DNA of 63,769 nucleotides, counting the filler, from Octopus bimaculoides (lineage: Eukaryota): assembly GCF_001194135.2 (NCBI RefSeq). It is 4 parts of 4 records of this genome, joined end to end, with 100 filler letters (N's around TTAATTAATTAA, not from the genome) between each part and the next. Parts side by side here need not be neighbours in the genome. Positions count along the whole stretch, not along the records: positions 48,773 to 62,589 come from NC_068981.1; positions 62,690 to 63,769 come from NW_026390559.1; 2 more parts are not named here. One strand, given 5' to 3'. The translations under genes were made by a program, and so were the position numbers. The notes under the pieces were generated by a model. That model searched no databases and was not told the DNA's origin. It saw only the letters and a list, made by a program, of their open reading frames with translations. Shown piece by piece: positions 49,421 to 63,228 of this stretch. Within the stretch, counting starts at the first letter, position 1. Each line of letters starts with the position of its first letter.

Positions 49421-51926
49421 AATTTAGCACTTTTTAACAAGTGTTTTATCGGCAACTCCTGCAGTACAAAATGAATGTAATATTCGTTCTGTACCAACCA
49501 CGGAAGTCACCGATGATACCCATATAAGTCAATGTGGTAGTTAATATAGTGAACTACAATGTATGCAAGTGTGTATACATATATATATATATATATATAN
49601 NNNNNNNNNNNNNNNNNNNNNNNNNNNNNNNNNNNNNNNNNNNNNNNNNNNNNNNNNNNNNNNNNNNNNNNNNNNNNNNNNNNNNNNNNNNNNNNNNNNN
49701 NNNNNNNNNNNNNNNNNNNNNNNNNNNNNNNNNNNNNNNNNNNNNNNNNNNNNNNNNNNNNNNNNNNNNNNNNNNNNNNNNNNNNNNNNNNNNNNNNNNN
49801 NNNNNNNNNNNNNNNNNNNNNNNNNNNNNNNNNNNNNNNNNNNNNNNNNNNNNNNNNNNNNNNNNNNNNNNNNNNNNNNNNNNNNNNNNNNNNNNNNNNN
49901 NNNNNNNNNNNNNNNNNNNNNNNNNNNNNNNNNNNNNNNNNNNNNNNNNNNNNNNNNNNNNNNNNNNNNNNNNNNNNNNNNNNNNNNNNNNNNNNNNNNN
50001 NNNNNNNNNNNNNNNNNNNTATATATATGGTTAAAATAAATTAAATAGGCATAATTTCTAACAAAAAAAATACGGCTCAAATTGGGCTTTGGTTGGCAGT
50101 GTTTACAGCAATTTCTTGCACTGGCAATTGTCATAGGCTTAAGGAGAGTTGTAGATAATCGATTGCAATCGACTATAGTGCATGCTGTTACATATTTTAT
50201 CAACCTTTGAAAGACAAAAAATAAAGATGGTTATAACAGAATTTGATCTCAGAACGTGATTAATTGATACAAAGGCATTTTATTCGGTTCTTCTGCTTCT
50301 TTTTGGACGATTCTAAGAATTTCCTCGTTGTATGTCAGTCATAAATAGTTCCTTCTGTTACGGAAAAATATAATTGTATTTTGGTATATAACCATACTTA
50401 TATCTTTTATTTAAGTCATCGGACTTAAGAGTGTTTGATTAGTTAATTGTCCAACTCGACATTCTGAGGTCGATTTAACCTTTAATTATTCTGTAATTTG
50501 ACAAAATATACACCAATTATATACTGGGATTCGACCAGTCGACTATACAACTTCCCTCCAAATGTTCAGTTATGTATTTTTGATATTCTATATTGCATCT
50601 TCAATATGGTTGAAACTATTGGTTGTAGTTGTTCATTTAAAACAAGTAATACAAACAAAGCGTAAATGACACATAATCTCATATTCGCCTCACACCTTCA
50701 TCTCTTGTAAAATTCATTGCTTTTGTATTTATAAAGAAAAACATTTTTTCTGACATTTTGTAAATTTTCATTCCAAAGAGAGAAATACTCCGTTATGACG
50801 TCATGCAATTAGCGTTATTTTTGATATTGATGTATCATTTAGATAGCAGTTAAAGTATTGCTAAATTCATTATGCACAGTTTAGTGCTTTCTGCTCGCCT
50901 CCACTCTTCATCAAATGTATTTTAATCTATTCCTTTATCTTAAATCTGTCATATTTATCTTTAGAGATATTTGCTGTTATAGCGTTTACTACATGACCTG
51001 ACAAAATATTCCATTTACTAAAAGAGCTTTGAAGGAACAAAATATTTTCTGACGTCTTTAAAGCACTTTTATTATTTATAAAATGTATACTTCTTAGTTT
51101 TTCATTTTTCTGAGATATTGTACTAACGTTTATAATTTCAACTTCTTTCATTCTATTATGCTTCCTGTTCATCGTCTCCCAACTAAAGTAATTCCTATAT
51201 TTCTTTTTTTTTTTCGCAAGATAAAAATTTTCTAATTCTGGTGATGAATTTGTTACTCTTCTCAGAGCTCTTTTATTAATTTGTATATCCTTTCAGAGGT
51301 TAAGGTGACCATATTTGTATCGAATATTCTAAATGGGTTCTAACATATGCTTCATATAAAATCGTAAATTTTTATGTATTTTGGAATGTAAAAAGTGTAT
51401 GTTTTGCTTTTTCTTAACATCTGAGTTTTTTTTTTTTTTTTTTTTTTTATATCTTTAACATGATCAGCCATTTAAAGTTCAAACGCAAAACGAAATATGA
51501 TTATTTTTAAAGAGAAAGATTTTAGAGCCTTTTAAAATTTTATATCGCGGAGTATTTGTAAACTTTTTTTCTGAACTGTGAAGAAAGAACCACCACCAAC
51601 ACCACCACCCCCACCAACACCAAGTTACATCAATTACATAACACAATCAACTGGCTCCGCCAACTTGCACTGGTAATTCTGTTGGATCTTTCATGTTGTG
51701 AGGTGAGAATCAGTGTTTTGCACGTAAGCTTATTTTCTAATATTAAAACGAAATTATTGGCAAAATTCAATCGTTATAATGAGAGGAAGAAATAAATATA
51801 TGAATATTTATTTGTGTCCATGTATGTACGTAAGTGTGTGGATGTTTGTAAATACATACATAATATAGCCACATGTGAATCGTTGGCGATTTTCTTCCTC
51901 CGTCTTCCCTTCTATTGGATTTTCCT

Positions 51927-51961
51927 GTTTCTGAAGAAGAGCGTTGCTCGAAACGTTAAAC
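51927..51961 (+). ncRNA. Minimal type I hammerhead ribozyme motif in a ~200-bp repeat (about 51865-52055)
   Basis: GTTT CTGAAGA A GAGC GTT GCTC GAA ACGT T AAAC: 4-bp stem I, 4-bp stem II, palindromic ACGT stem III, U17. Confidence 0.65.
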
Positions 51962-52149
51962 CATCTTTCTTTCCTTCCCTGAGCGTCTGCTAATACTTTA
52001 CATGTACCACGTCCTCGCGTTGTTGTGTTTTTTGTGTTTCTTCTTCTTCTTTTGGATTTACATATATATATATATATATACACACACACAAACATCCTCA
52101 CACATCTACATACATACATATGCTTGCATACATACAAAATTTATCTTTT

Positions 52150-52360
52150 ATCTTTTCTTTTATTTGTTTCAGTCATTAGACTGCGGCCATGCTAGGCTAC
52201 CGCCTTGAACTTTTAGTCGAATGAATCGACCCCAATACTTATTTTTAAAGCCTAGTATTTATTCTATAGGCCTCTTTTGCCGAACTGCTAAGTTACAGGG
52301 ACGTAAACGCACCAACACCCGTTGTCAAGCGGTGATGGGGCGAGGGGACAAACACAGACA

Positions 52361-52432
<72 letters not shown>

Positions 52433-52600
52433 TATATACACATATATACGACAGACTTCTTTCAGTTTCCGTCTACCAAATCTACTCACAAGGCTTTGGT
52501 CGGCTCGAGGCTCCAGTAGAAGACACTTTCCCAAGGTGCCACACAGTGGGACTGATCCCGGAACCATGGGGTTAGGAAGCAACCCCCAACTTCCTATCAC
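52150..52600 (-). mobile_element. SINE family 1 with expanded (CA)n core
   Basis: Reverse complement of the consensus. Confidence 0.85.
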
Positions 52601-52769
52601 TTTGCCTCTGCTCCTATACTGTTACCCTCATCTCTTCTCTCCTCAGTGCATTAACCTGCCATCGTAACTGTATCGTTATTTGTGGCTGTTTGATATATTG
52701 TACCAATCTGCTCACTTTCTTCCTTCCCACACTACTTTATCACCTGAGTGTGTGAGTGTATGAAGGGTT

Positions 52770-54430
52770 GTTTTACGTTGCCATAGTATCCGATCAGCTA
52801 CGTCCAGTTCAGATGTGTTATTAATTCGCGTGGTGTGCTTGTTAATTAAAATAGCGTCTATTATTCTCAACTTCCAACAGCAAGCCTCCGATATATAACA
52901 AGGACAATGACAATAACCTTGATCTTGCGACCGAATCTACTGAAAACAACGACAACTTTGAGTTTACCGCAGCTAGTTTACAGCAAATCACTTGTCACAG
53001 ATCTATCTGGTACCCGGTCAACCGAGAATATACGTCTACTAAATCTTGCTCCAAAATTCATTTTAGTTCAGCGATTTAATGACGAACTAAAACCTGATAG
53101 GGAAACTAACTTCTGCAGAACATCTTACCGACTAAAATGGATATCAGATCTGAAGTCCTACTCCCCATCCTCCAATAATACTATTTCTAACTCCACTCTA
53201 CCTCCTCCTAGATACTGCACCTATCATCCAGACAACCCACTTCTCCCTCTTTCTTCAAACCCTGGACTTAACTCTAGTCTAATGGAACTTCAGCATTCAA
53301 TTTTCAGCATCTTACAAAAGCATTCCGCTCATTTTAATTTCTCTAAATCCCAATTTCTCATTCTACAAAATCAACGTTCGAAGAACTTTATATACCTACC
53401 TTCTGACAAAAGTAGAGAATTCCGTGTTATAGATAAGAATAAATACGACGAACTGGCATTCGAGCACTTAAACAATACTACATTGTATGAAAAAAGTTAA
53501 TAACATCACATCTAGCCAACTCAAAGATACAATAAACACCTGTTGGACGTACATTTGTAAAGAGGCAGAACTCTCGAACAAGATTAAGTATAACTTCTCC
53601 CCACATTCTATCCACCTTATAAAAACACATAAAACGGGACCAAATTTAAAAATTAAACCTATTGTCTCGAGTAATAACAGAGAACGAATCCATCTCCACT
53701 AACTTTTACAGAAAAGGGGTATGCTGGGGCCTATATGTGCATTATAATTCATCCCTGCCTCCAAAAAGTCTTGATGGAGAATAGCTATCCATGCTCTTTT
53801 ACTGAACGCCAGGACACATAACAAAACCCAAACATTCAAAGATAACATGTTTTGGGTTTTTTTTTTTTTTTGCTTTTTTTTACTTCTATATTTTAACGAA
53901 GCAACAACTGGCACACTCCGGACCATGCATGAGAAGGGTCCAAACTAAAATCAGACCAAGACATTGCCCATCTCACCGATCAATAATGAAAACATATATC
54001 TGCTGTCCTACGTGGTGTATAAAATCACATGAAGCAAATGTAATGAATTCTACATCAGAAATACCATCAGACAATTTCCCATACGGATCAAAGAATACCT
54101 CTGTGCTAATGCTTCTTCCATCAAACAGCAACAACAGAAAAACCACACCCAAGGCATCCAAGTTTCCATTGAAGAGACACTGGGAACTTGCAAATAAAGG
54201 AAGTCATTTTAATTAACAAATACACCCTGCGAGTTAATAACAGATCTGAACTGCACGCAACTGATTGGATACTATAGCAACGCAAAGCAAATCTTTATAT
54301 ACGCACATTACAGAGTAGAGAAATCAGCTGCTAACACCTTTTCTCTTCAAATTCCCCCGAAGATGGGATCCTAATCCTGAGATATATTGAATTCTCAGGT
54401 AATAAAACTAATCATCGACTTGTAATGTTG
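52770..54430 (+). mobile_element. Decayed Penelope-like element with inverted 5' pseudo-LTR
   Basis: LLNLAPKF, YLPSDKS, YDELAFEHLNNTTLYEK, LIKTHKT...IKPIVS are PLE RT N-terminal motifs. 52770-52853 is an inverted copy of about 54207-54290. There is a degenerate hammerhead near 54350-54395. Confidence 0.7.
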
Positions 54431-54530
54431 ATTTTTTTATAACTTGCATTGTTTTGGACTTTAAAAGATATTTACAAGACATTGCTGACAATGCTTCAGG
54501 AAAGCTATACTACTCTTTTGTGTGTGTGTG

Positions 54531-54571
<41 letters not shown>

Positions 54572-55041
54572 NNNNNNNNNNNNNNNNNNNNNNNNNNNNN
54601 NNNNNNNNNNNNNNNNNNNNNNNNNNNNNNNNNNNNNNNNNNNNNNNNNNNNNNNNNNNNNNNNNNNNNNNNNNNNNNNNNNNNNNNNNNNNNNNNNNNN
54701 NNNNNNNNNNNNNNNNNNNNNNNNNNNNNNNNNNNNNNNNNNNNNNNNNNNNNNNNNNNNNNNNNNNNNNNNNNNNNNNNNNNNNNNNNNNNNNNNNNNN
54801 NNNNNNNNNNNNNNNNNNNNNNNNNNNNNNNNNNNNNNNNNNNNNNNNNNNNNNNNNNNNNNNNNNNNNNNNNNNNNNNNNNNNNNNNNNNNNNNNNNNN
54901 NNNNNNNNNNNNNNNNNNNNNNNNNNNNNNNNNNNNNNNNNNNNNNNNNNNNNNNNNNNNNNNNNNNNNNNNNNNNNNNNNNNNNNNNNNNNNNNNNNNN
55001 NNNNNNNNNNNNNNNNNNNNNNNNNNNNNNNNNNNNNNNNN

Positions 55042-55113
<72 letters not shown>

Positions 55114-55139
55114 CTATATACACAGACAAACCACCTGTA

Positions 55140-55870
55140 CCTGGACATATCATAGTTAACAACTCCTTACTTGAAAGGAACATGATGGCAAAACAATTGA
55201 CTTTAAAATGACTTAACAGATTTTGTCAAGTGGTGCTATTAAGTTAGACATGTGCATATAGTTGTATGTATTTTGTTGTGTCAAGCTGACTCTCCCTAAG
55301 GCGCTTGCATCTGTGAAACACTCAACCACTTACTCGAATTTTCATCTGCATTCCATCTTGCATATCAGATGGCGGGATCACATTCCTGATATAGAAGCCC
55401 TGCACCTCGCTGGTGCAGTTAGTGTGGAAGCCCTCATTAACTCATCGCAGCTACGCTGGGCGTGATGGAGGGCGCTAGTCTCCCAAAGGCCGTTTTCTAC
55501 GATTAATATCTATCAAGATAAGAGGAATTGTGGTGGCCAGAGGTTGCGATATAGACATGTGCTAAAGAGGCACATGAAGAATTCCGGCTTTTTCCCAGAC
55601 ACATGGGAGGAGAAGGCCTTACAGCACGATGAATGGTACCGGTCGCTGAAGCTCGTAATTCCAGCTATTGGGGAGAAAAAACAGAGAGGATACGAAAGAG
55701 AACATGTGAGGCATCATATCTCCGTTGCGGCAAGTAGCTTCACCTGCAGCAGATGTCATCGCTGCTGTAAACCGAGAGCAGGTCTTGTAGCCCAAATGTG
55801 AGCCTGCCGGAGATGATTTCTGAACAGAATGGTCAACGTCGAACGGACAGCCGTCGACGACGACCAATTG
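55140..55870 (+). mobile_element. RTE (BovB-like) LINE 3' end
   Basis: ILHIRWRDHIPD, QLRWA, LPKAVFY, GGQRLRYR.VLKRHMK, DTWEEKA, C..C.R.C..RAGL zinc finger. Confidence 0.8.
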
Positions 55871-58319
55871 GAATGATCGAACTTAGCGTTGAAACCGACG
55901 GAGATTCATTCGCCAACTGTATGTATTTTGTAGGGCATATGCACAGTTAAAAGTTACCTTTGTCGGTACAGTATAAGATATTTAATACATAGTATTTAGT
56001 TGTGTATATGTCTGTTCGTTTTAGTGTGCCTGTGTTAATATTTAAATGAGTTTGAGTATTTGTTTGTCTTAATATGTTTCTCCGTGTTTGTGTATGTGAA
56101 TCAACACCAGAGGCTTTGTGTGTGAATCCATGTGTTTGTATGTATATGAGTTTTGTAAGAGTGTGTAAGAGGGAGAAAGAGAGAGGGTAGAATATGTGCG
56201 TTAGTTTGTGATTGTGTGTACGTACGTGCGTGCGTGTGTGCGTGCGTGTGTGCGTAGAAATGCAGGGATGTAGGCGGGAACTATGATATTGATGTGTGGA
56301 GTGATTTCACATCTGGAAGAGTGTATATAGGGATATATGGGTAAAAGTGTATGTACATATGTATGTGTATGTATGCATATGTATGTGCGTGTGGATAAAC
56401 GTTCAGTCTGTGCATTTGTAAGAGAGAAAAATAACTATTGTCTGGGATAGTTTTTGTATAACGTAAATATGTGTATAGCATACACGTATGTGTATGTATG
56501 TGTATGTGTCTATGATTGTGTGTGTGTGTGTGTGTGTATGCGTGTGTGTGTGTGTCTAAAATATGTGTGAGTGAATGTGAATAGCAACACATGCATTTAT
56601 GTAGATGTGAGTACGCGGGGCGTGCATCTGTGTACGAAAGAGAAAGAGGGTGAGTGTTGTATGTGTGTGTGTATATATACGTGTGTGTGTCTGTGTGTGT
56701 GTATCCAACAACAATAATATCATCATCATCAACAACAAGAATAATAAACGATATCTTAACAGAAGAGATTTCACCTTTCTCCGAGTCTAATTAAGGTCAC
56801 TTAGTGTGTGAGAGACGTGTGTGAGGGAAAGCTCTCGCACAAATGACGTCAGAGAAAATCAAATTGAATGAGTTACGTTTAGGTGGGTGTATAGGTGTGT
56901 TAGTAAATGCATAGATTTATAAGATTTTACGACTGAATGTCTTAGTGTGTGTGTATATGAGCCTCAGTCTAATAATTCGTATGTGTATATACGTGTGTGT
57001 ATGAGTGTGTATGCGTGTCGACGCAAACGTACGTACGTATTTTTGTATTTTCTATTGAGCATCCACTTCCCATGAGTGTGTCTATACTGTGTATGTGTCT
57101 CTTCCCTTGTGTGTGTGTGTGTGTGTATGTGTGTGTGTGTGTCTTTGGGTGCGTATGTGTGTGCGCGTTGGTGTATACGTCTTTCTTCGTGTATTGCGTA
57201 AGTGCTTGGAGGTATATGTAGGAGTGTGTGATTAAATGAAATGAGATGTTTTATGGCGTGGAATAGTTAATTACGCATCAGCAAAACAAGCTAATGATTT
57301 GCGTCATATATNNNNNNNNNNNNNNNNNNNNNNNNNNNNNNNNNNNNNNNNNNNNNNNNNNNNNNNNNNNNNNNNNNNNNNNNNNNNNNNNNNNNNNNNN
57401 NNNNNNNNNNNNNNNNNNNNNNNNNNNNNNNNNNNNNNNNNNNNNNNNNNNNNNNNNNNNNNNNNNNNNNNNNNNNNNNNNNNNNNNNNNNNNNNNNNNN
57501 NNNNNNNNNNNNNNNNNNNNNNNNNNNNNNNNNNNNNNNNNNNNNNNNNNNNNNNNNNNNNNNNNNNNNNNNNNNNNNNNNNNNNNNNNNNNNNNNNNNN
57601 NNNNNNNNNNNNNNNNNNNNNNNNNNNNNNNNNNNNNNNNNNNNNNNNNNNNNNNNNNNNNNNNNNNNNNNNNNNNNNNNNNNNNNNNNNNNNNNNNNNN
57701 NNNNTGTGTGTGTGTGTGGCTGATGTGAGAGTGAGAATGTTCTAATTTCAAATTTCTTCTGATGATGTTTTGTGATCTTCGTAGACTTTGTATAAAAGTT
57801 TTTAACTGGAGAATGCAATTTTTGGTATTTATTGACCACCACCCCTATCTCGAAGCAATCACCCCCGTATTTTTTAGAATCTTTAAATCACCGACTGATC
57901 TGACCCCAAGCCAGTCTACCCACCTGTGTAATTACATTGGTAATTTTTCATATTATTTGCTTATGTTTTTATGTTATCTTATTTTTCAATCTATTTCTTG
58001 TTATTTCTTCTTGTTAGACTAAATTAAGAATGGTAAATTCCTTAATTTTTTTCTATCTGGTACTTTAAAATAATTGATCTGAGAGTGTTCATATTTCGAG
58101 AAATACTTTTTTCTATAACAGATGGCGCCACTCTGTTATTTACCTTTTTGACCAAATCAATATAATTTTGTCCAATTGCCTACCATACATTGTAAATATA
58201 AAGAGTGAATTTTGTGTGTATATTTAGAGTTAAACTGTTGATGCAACCATGATGTTCTGGTGATCTGATGAGCTGGCTTTCTTTATTTGCATTATTTTGA
58301 AAAAAAAAACAAAGAAAAA

Positions 58320-58510
58320 AGTGGCGAGCTGACAGAATCGTTAGTCGCCAGGCAAAATGCTTTGCGTTCTGAGTTCAAATTCCGCCGAGGTCGACTTTGC
58401 CTTTCATCCTCTCGAGGACGATAAAAAAATACAAGTCAAGCACTGAGGTCGATGTAATCGACTACCCACTTCCCTCAAAATTTCAGGCCTTGTGCCTATA
58501 GTAGAAAGGA
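58320..58510 (+). mobile_element. SINE family 2
   Basis: gtggcgagctgacagaatcgttag...gttctgagttcaaattccgccgaggtcgactttgcc. Confidence 0.75.
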
Positions 58511-59814
58511 TAATTTTGAAAATAGATTATTGTATTCTATAAAGTCGAGCTTAAATATTAATGCTACCTCGTATGTATAATTAGGGAAATTAATACTACA
58601 CGAAGAAGGTTGTAGAAGTGATATGGTTAAATAAATCTATATTTGCCTTTCACACCTCCTGACATTATTCTTTATATACTCCTCACAGAATAATTTATCG
58701 CTCGAATTTTCTGGTTGTAATTGATTACGTGGACTGATAACCGAGTCCGTAGAAGGAGCTTACTGTGACAGCTTCACGATTCTCTTAATCCATATATATA
58801 TATATATATACTATATACACATACATACATATATGTGTATGTTTTACGGAAGCCAACAGCTGGTGAAAGAAAGGCTGTGAAGCGAATTGACATAATTGTG
58901 AGGGAGATAGTAGAGAGGAATCCAAAGACATAGTCTTCATCAGTGATTTGCCAATTTTACGAGAGTGAGTCAAAAAATAATGGCAGCTTGTGTACAATAA
59001 AATTAATTATGCCAATCAAAGGAACCGAAGAAAATTTAACGTTTCGACTCATGCCTTTTATCAAAAACGAAGGAAAAGAAATAAGAGATATAAGAATAAA
59101 AGGAAATAGAAATGCTGCTGAATTTGTGTCAGTTTACATTGCCGGTCTAGTATAGTTGGAAAGTGGGATAAAATGAGCGGAAGAGGAGACACAATCTAAG
59201 TCAAAGTAAAAGCAGATGGAAAAAGAAATAGGTGAAAGAGAGAAAAAGGATAAGCGAGGGAAAAGATGAAGGGAAAACAAGTTAGAAGGCGGATGATATA
59301 GAAGAGAATATTTTAACTCAACACTCTAAATTAAGCAATTAATCGTCATTTTTACAATACTGCCACTGCTTACATCGAGGAGCGTTGAAATACACATTTC
59401 ACACCATTGATAAAGGGGAAGGAGAGAGAGAGGAGAGAGAGGGAGAGGAGAGAGAGGGAGGAAGGCAGAAAGAAAGAAAAAGCGTTACCTTTCTTAGCAA
59501 CTAATACAGCTTCCATGAATAATCTATTATCCCATCAACTCATCCAGCTGTGACTGCATTAAATTCGCTGGCACATACTTAACTTCCTAGGAAACCTATC
59601 AGCAGTTACTTGACTGCTCGACATAACAGCTAAATCTTCTTTCGCTTCAAACCACACTGCCTTTTCAAAACAGGAAAATGACTGACACATTGGAAATTGT
59701 TTGTAAAATGAAAACAGCTTGGTCGTCTATAATCTGCCTTTGATCATAAGTCTACCTGAGGCCAAACAAGAACAACAATAGCAACTGTTTCTCACAGCAC
59801 ATAGACGTCTCTCT

Positions 59815-60272
59815 TTATTCTTTTACTCTTTTACTCTTTTACTTGTTTCAGTCATTTGACTGCAGCCATGCTGGAGCACCGCCTTTTAGTCGAACAAATC
59901 GACCCCAGGACTTATTCTTTGGAAGCCTAGTACTTATTCTATCGGTCTGTTTTGCCGAACCGCTAAGTTACGGGGACGTAAACACACCAGCATCGGTTGT
60001 CAAGCGATGTTGNNNNNNNNNNNNNNNNNNNNNNNNNNNNNNNNNNNNNNNNNNNNNNNNNNNNNNNNNNCAGACACACAAACATATACACACATATACA
60101 TAAATATATACGACGGGCTTCTTTCAGTTTCCGTCTACCAAATCCACTCACAAGGCTTTGGTCGGCCCGGGGCTATAGTAGAAGACACTTGTCCAAGGTG
60201 CCACGCAGTGGGACTGAACCCAGAACCATGTGGTTGGTAAGCAAGCTACTTACCACACAGCCACTCCCGCGC
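59815..60272 (-). mobile_element. SINE family 1
   Basis: Reverse complement of the full consensus with an internal gap. Confidence 0.9.
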
Positions 60273-60699
60273 CTATCTGTATATATTTATTTAGTGATTC
60301 TCTTCCTACTGTTTTAGCTAGTACAATAAAATTATATTTATGTTGATGACGCCACAACATTCAGAAATATAACCTAACTTATCACACGTATTTACCAGAA
60401 AAAATTTTCTTCCTTCTGTTTTCGCCATATATTTGACTCTACATTAACTTTTTAATACTCTATGCATTAAGCAGTTTACTTACAGAAGAGAAAAAAAATA
60501 AATATTTCGATATCGGAAATGGTTAAAAATCAAATACAAATTTGGTTTCTTCAGTACGAAGTGTGGCATGAAGAGAATGCTTTAATCTGCTTTAAAATAT
60601 GAAAAAAGTCATTTCGCACAAAATTATAAAATATACAACCCGCAACAAAGGTTGTTTTCAGATGTTTTAAAAACAATACGAACCCATAATTATTTCATC

Positions 60700-60797
<98 letters not shown>

Positions 60798-60898
60798 CCA
60801 TACGCATAAACATATTCATTCACACATACACATGTACATAGGGTGCGAGGGGTATTTAAGAACACTTAATTATAAGTATATTTACTCACAATGTGAAG

Positions 60899-61225
60899 GA
60901 GCATGGCTCAGTGGTTAGAGCGTTGGGCTTATAATCGTGAGGTTGTTAATTCGATTTCAGAACTGAGCTGTGTTGTGTTCTTGAGCAAGACACTTTATTT
61001 CACGTTGCTCCAGTTCACCCATCTGTAGAAAATGAATTGCTACGTCACTGGTACCAAACTGTATTGGCCTTTGCCTTTCCCTTGGACAATATGGTGGCGT
61101 GGAGAGAGGAGACCAGTATGCATGGGCAATTGCTGGTCTTCCACAAACAACCTGCCTGGACTTGTGTCTTGGAGGATAACTTTCTAGATGTAATCCCATG
61201 GTCATTCATCACTGAAAGGGTCTTT
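60899..61225 (+). mobile_element. SINE family 3
   Basis: gcatggctcagtggttagagcgttggg tRNA-like head, gtgttcttgagcaagacacttt. Confidence 0.65.
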
Positions 61226-61499
61226 ACCCTTTATTCACTTCAATCCAAGTGAAAGGTTTTCTTTCAGACCCCCACCCACTCATAGTTAAAATGCTTACAC
61301 AAAATATCACGCCATTATTGCGTTTTGTACGGGACACAGCAATTTAAAAATTGCGAACTTTCTAAATGTTGCAAGATCATGTATATACAAAGTTTGAATG
61401 GAATTGGAATTTTCTGGCGGGGATGTTTCGACCGTATCAAAGAGAAAAATATATTCTAAAGGTTTGAACACAATAAGGACACCGCAATTCATTCAACGA

Positions 61500-62210
61500 G
61501 TTCAAAATATTACTGATGATGAACCCAGGGGGTGACGTGGACTCTCAGAATTGCAATACACATGGACATTGGATACAAATCATATGTACTGAGGAGAAGC
61601 CAATTCATGTCTACAAAGATACAAAAAAGAAAACGTCAAACGGTTACTTAACAAGGTTAAAGCTCCTGACGAACATGACATGCTTTGGCTTTTCTCTCAT
61701 GAGAAAAACTTTGACCAAGATCAAAAGTCTAACAGGAGAAATGACTGGCGGAAATGTCTCCAGGGTGATGCACGGTAAGTTTCCAGCAAGTGTGATGGTT
61801 TTAGGAGTCGTGAGTAACGAATGCCATGTCGTGCCATCTCACATCTTTTCACAGCGTCTAAGAATTAATGACATTGGAAACATCGAGGTGCTGTTAAGCC
61901 CTGGACCGACGAAGTACGCAGTAGAAGACCACATGTGCTTCAACTAGGCTCAGAACCTTCTCTCACAAGGCCCACATAAACCCAAAAATGGATGTCAGAC
62001 AATTTTATGATCTGTAACACTAAACTGAAGGCTTCCAAACAAGCCAGATATAAATCCCATGGATTTCTTCGGTGGGAACGTTGCTGAAAGAGAGACTACT
62101 AGACATCCTCAGTTGTCCAGGTGATGCCCGAAATGAATAAGCACTGTTTAGTGCAAGCATGTCAACGATTCCGGTCCTACAGTCTAAAGGCGAATTGAGA
62201 AAAAATTTTT
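61500..62210 (+). mobile_element. maT (DD37D) Tc1/mariner transposase remnant
   Basis: FSHEKNFDQDQKSNRRND, KFPASVMVLGVVSNECHV, PDINPMDF-like, VAERET motifs. Confidence 0.75.
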
Positions 62211-62949
62211 ATAAGAAAGTGAAAATTAATTTTTTGTTTTTAGGTGTTATGGTATTAAATTAATTACCAACAAGTTTTTCAAATACCTCACGTGCCTTTT
62301 GTGTGTATGTTTGTGTGTGTATATACGTATATGTACACACACACATACACACGTATATATCTATATATGTTTGTGTGAGTGTTCTCTTCTATTTTTAATT
62401 ATTTATTTTCCTGTAAAGGAAGGAGCTGGTTTCTAACAAAGATACAAAGCTCCATCGTTAGAATGTAGACAAAAAAAACAATGTCACATTCTGAACTTGA
62501 GAGAAGTTTCGCCTATGTATACTGTTCCCCTTACAGATTGTATTTGTAATATGCATGTTAGCCTCTATAAATCCTAGCTTTTCCAAATTNNNNNNNNNNN
62601 NNNNNNNNNNNNNNNNNNNNNNNNNNNNNNNNNTTAATTAATTAANNNNNNNNNNNNNNNNNNNNNNNNNNNNNNNNNNNNNNNNNNNNAAGTGTTATCA
62701 TTTACATTGTTTTGTCTTGGTATAAAAGATGGGCTGCAGAAGAATGAAATATTCTTGGTTATAAAAGATGGGCTGTAGAATGAAATATTCTACTCAATAC
62801 TACAAATTTGCTTGCCAGTTGTTTGACCTTAACCAGTAGAGCACCTTGGTGGCTGACGATATTGCATCTCTGATCATGAGCATAAGTATAGTGAGGGAGC
62901 ATCATAGTCATGTGTTGAGAGGAAACATGGGTGTTTTGTTCAACATCCT

Positions 62950-63194
62950 TAAACAACCCTTATTCAGGGACCTTTTGAGCGAGATGGGCTACTCAACCTG
63001 AAGAAAACTCTAACTGGGCCCCACCTGCAAGGTCATGCGCTGTTAATATTGATATGAGATCACCATGTCGCACTCATCTGGTTAGATGCATGTGCCTGAT
63101 GTACCCTTATCAGGCGGGTAGTCATGATGAGTATACTGGGCTTCGTATATTTTACCCCAGTGTCACTTTGATGGCATGCACTGCTCTCTCACTC
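62950..63194 (+). mobile_element. Probable LINE 3' end terminating in an (AAT)n tail
   Basis: Ends ...gcactgctctctcactc(AAT)n. Assignment to the R4/Dong family is inferred from context. Confidence 0.45.
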
Positions 63195-63228
63195 AATAAT
63201 AACAATAATAATAATAATAATAATAATA

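Noticed and set aside
50927-51172. 81-aa minus-strand ORF in AT-rich unique sequence
   Set aside because: No recognisable homology or clear splice signals; expected by chance.
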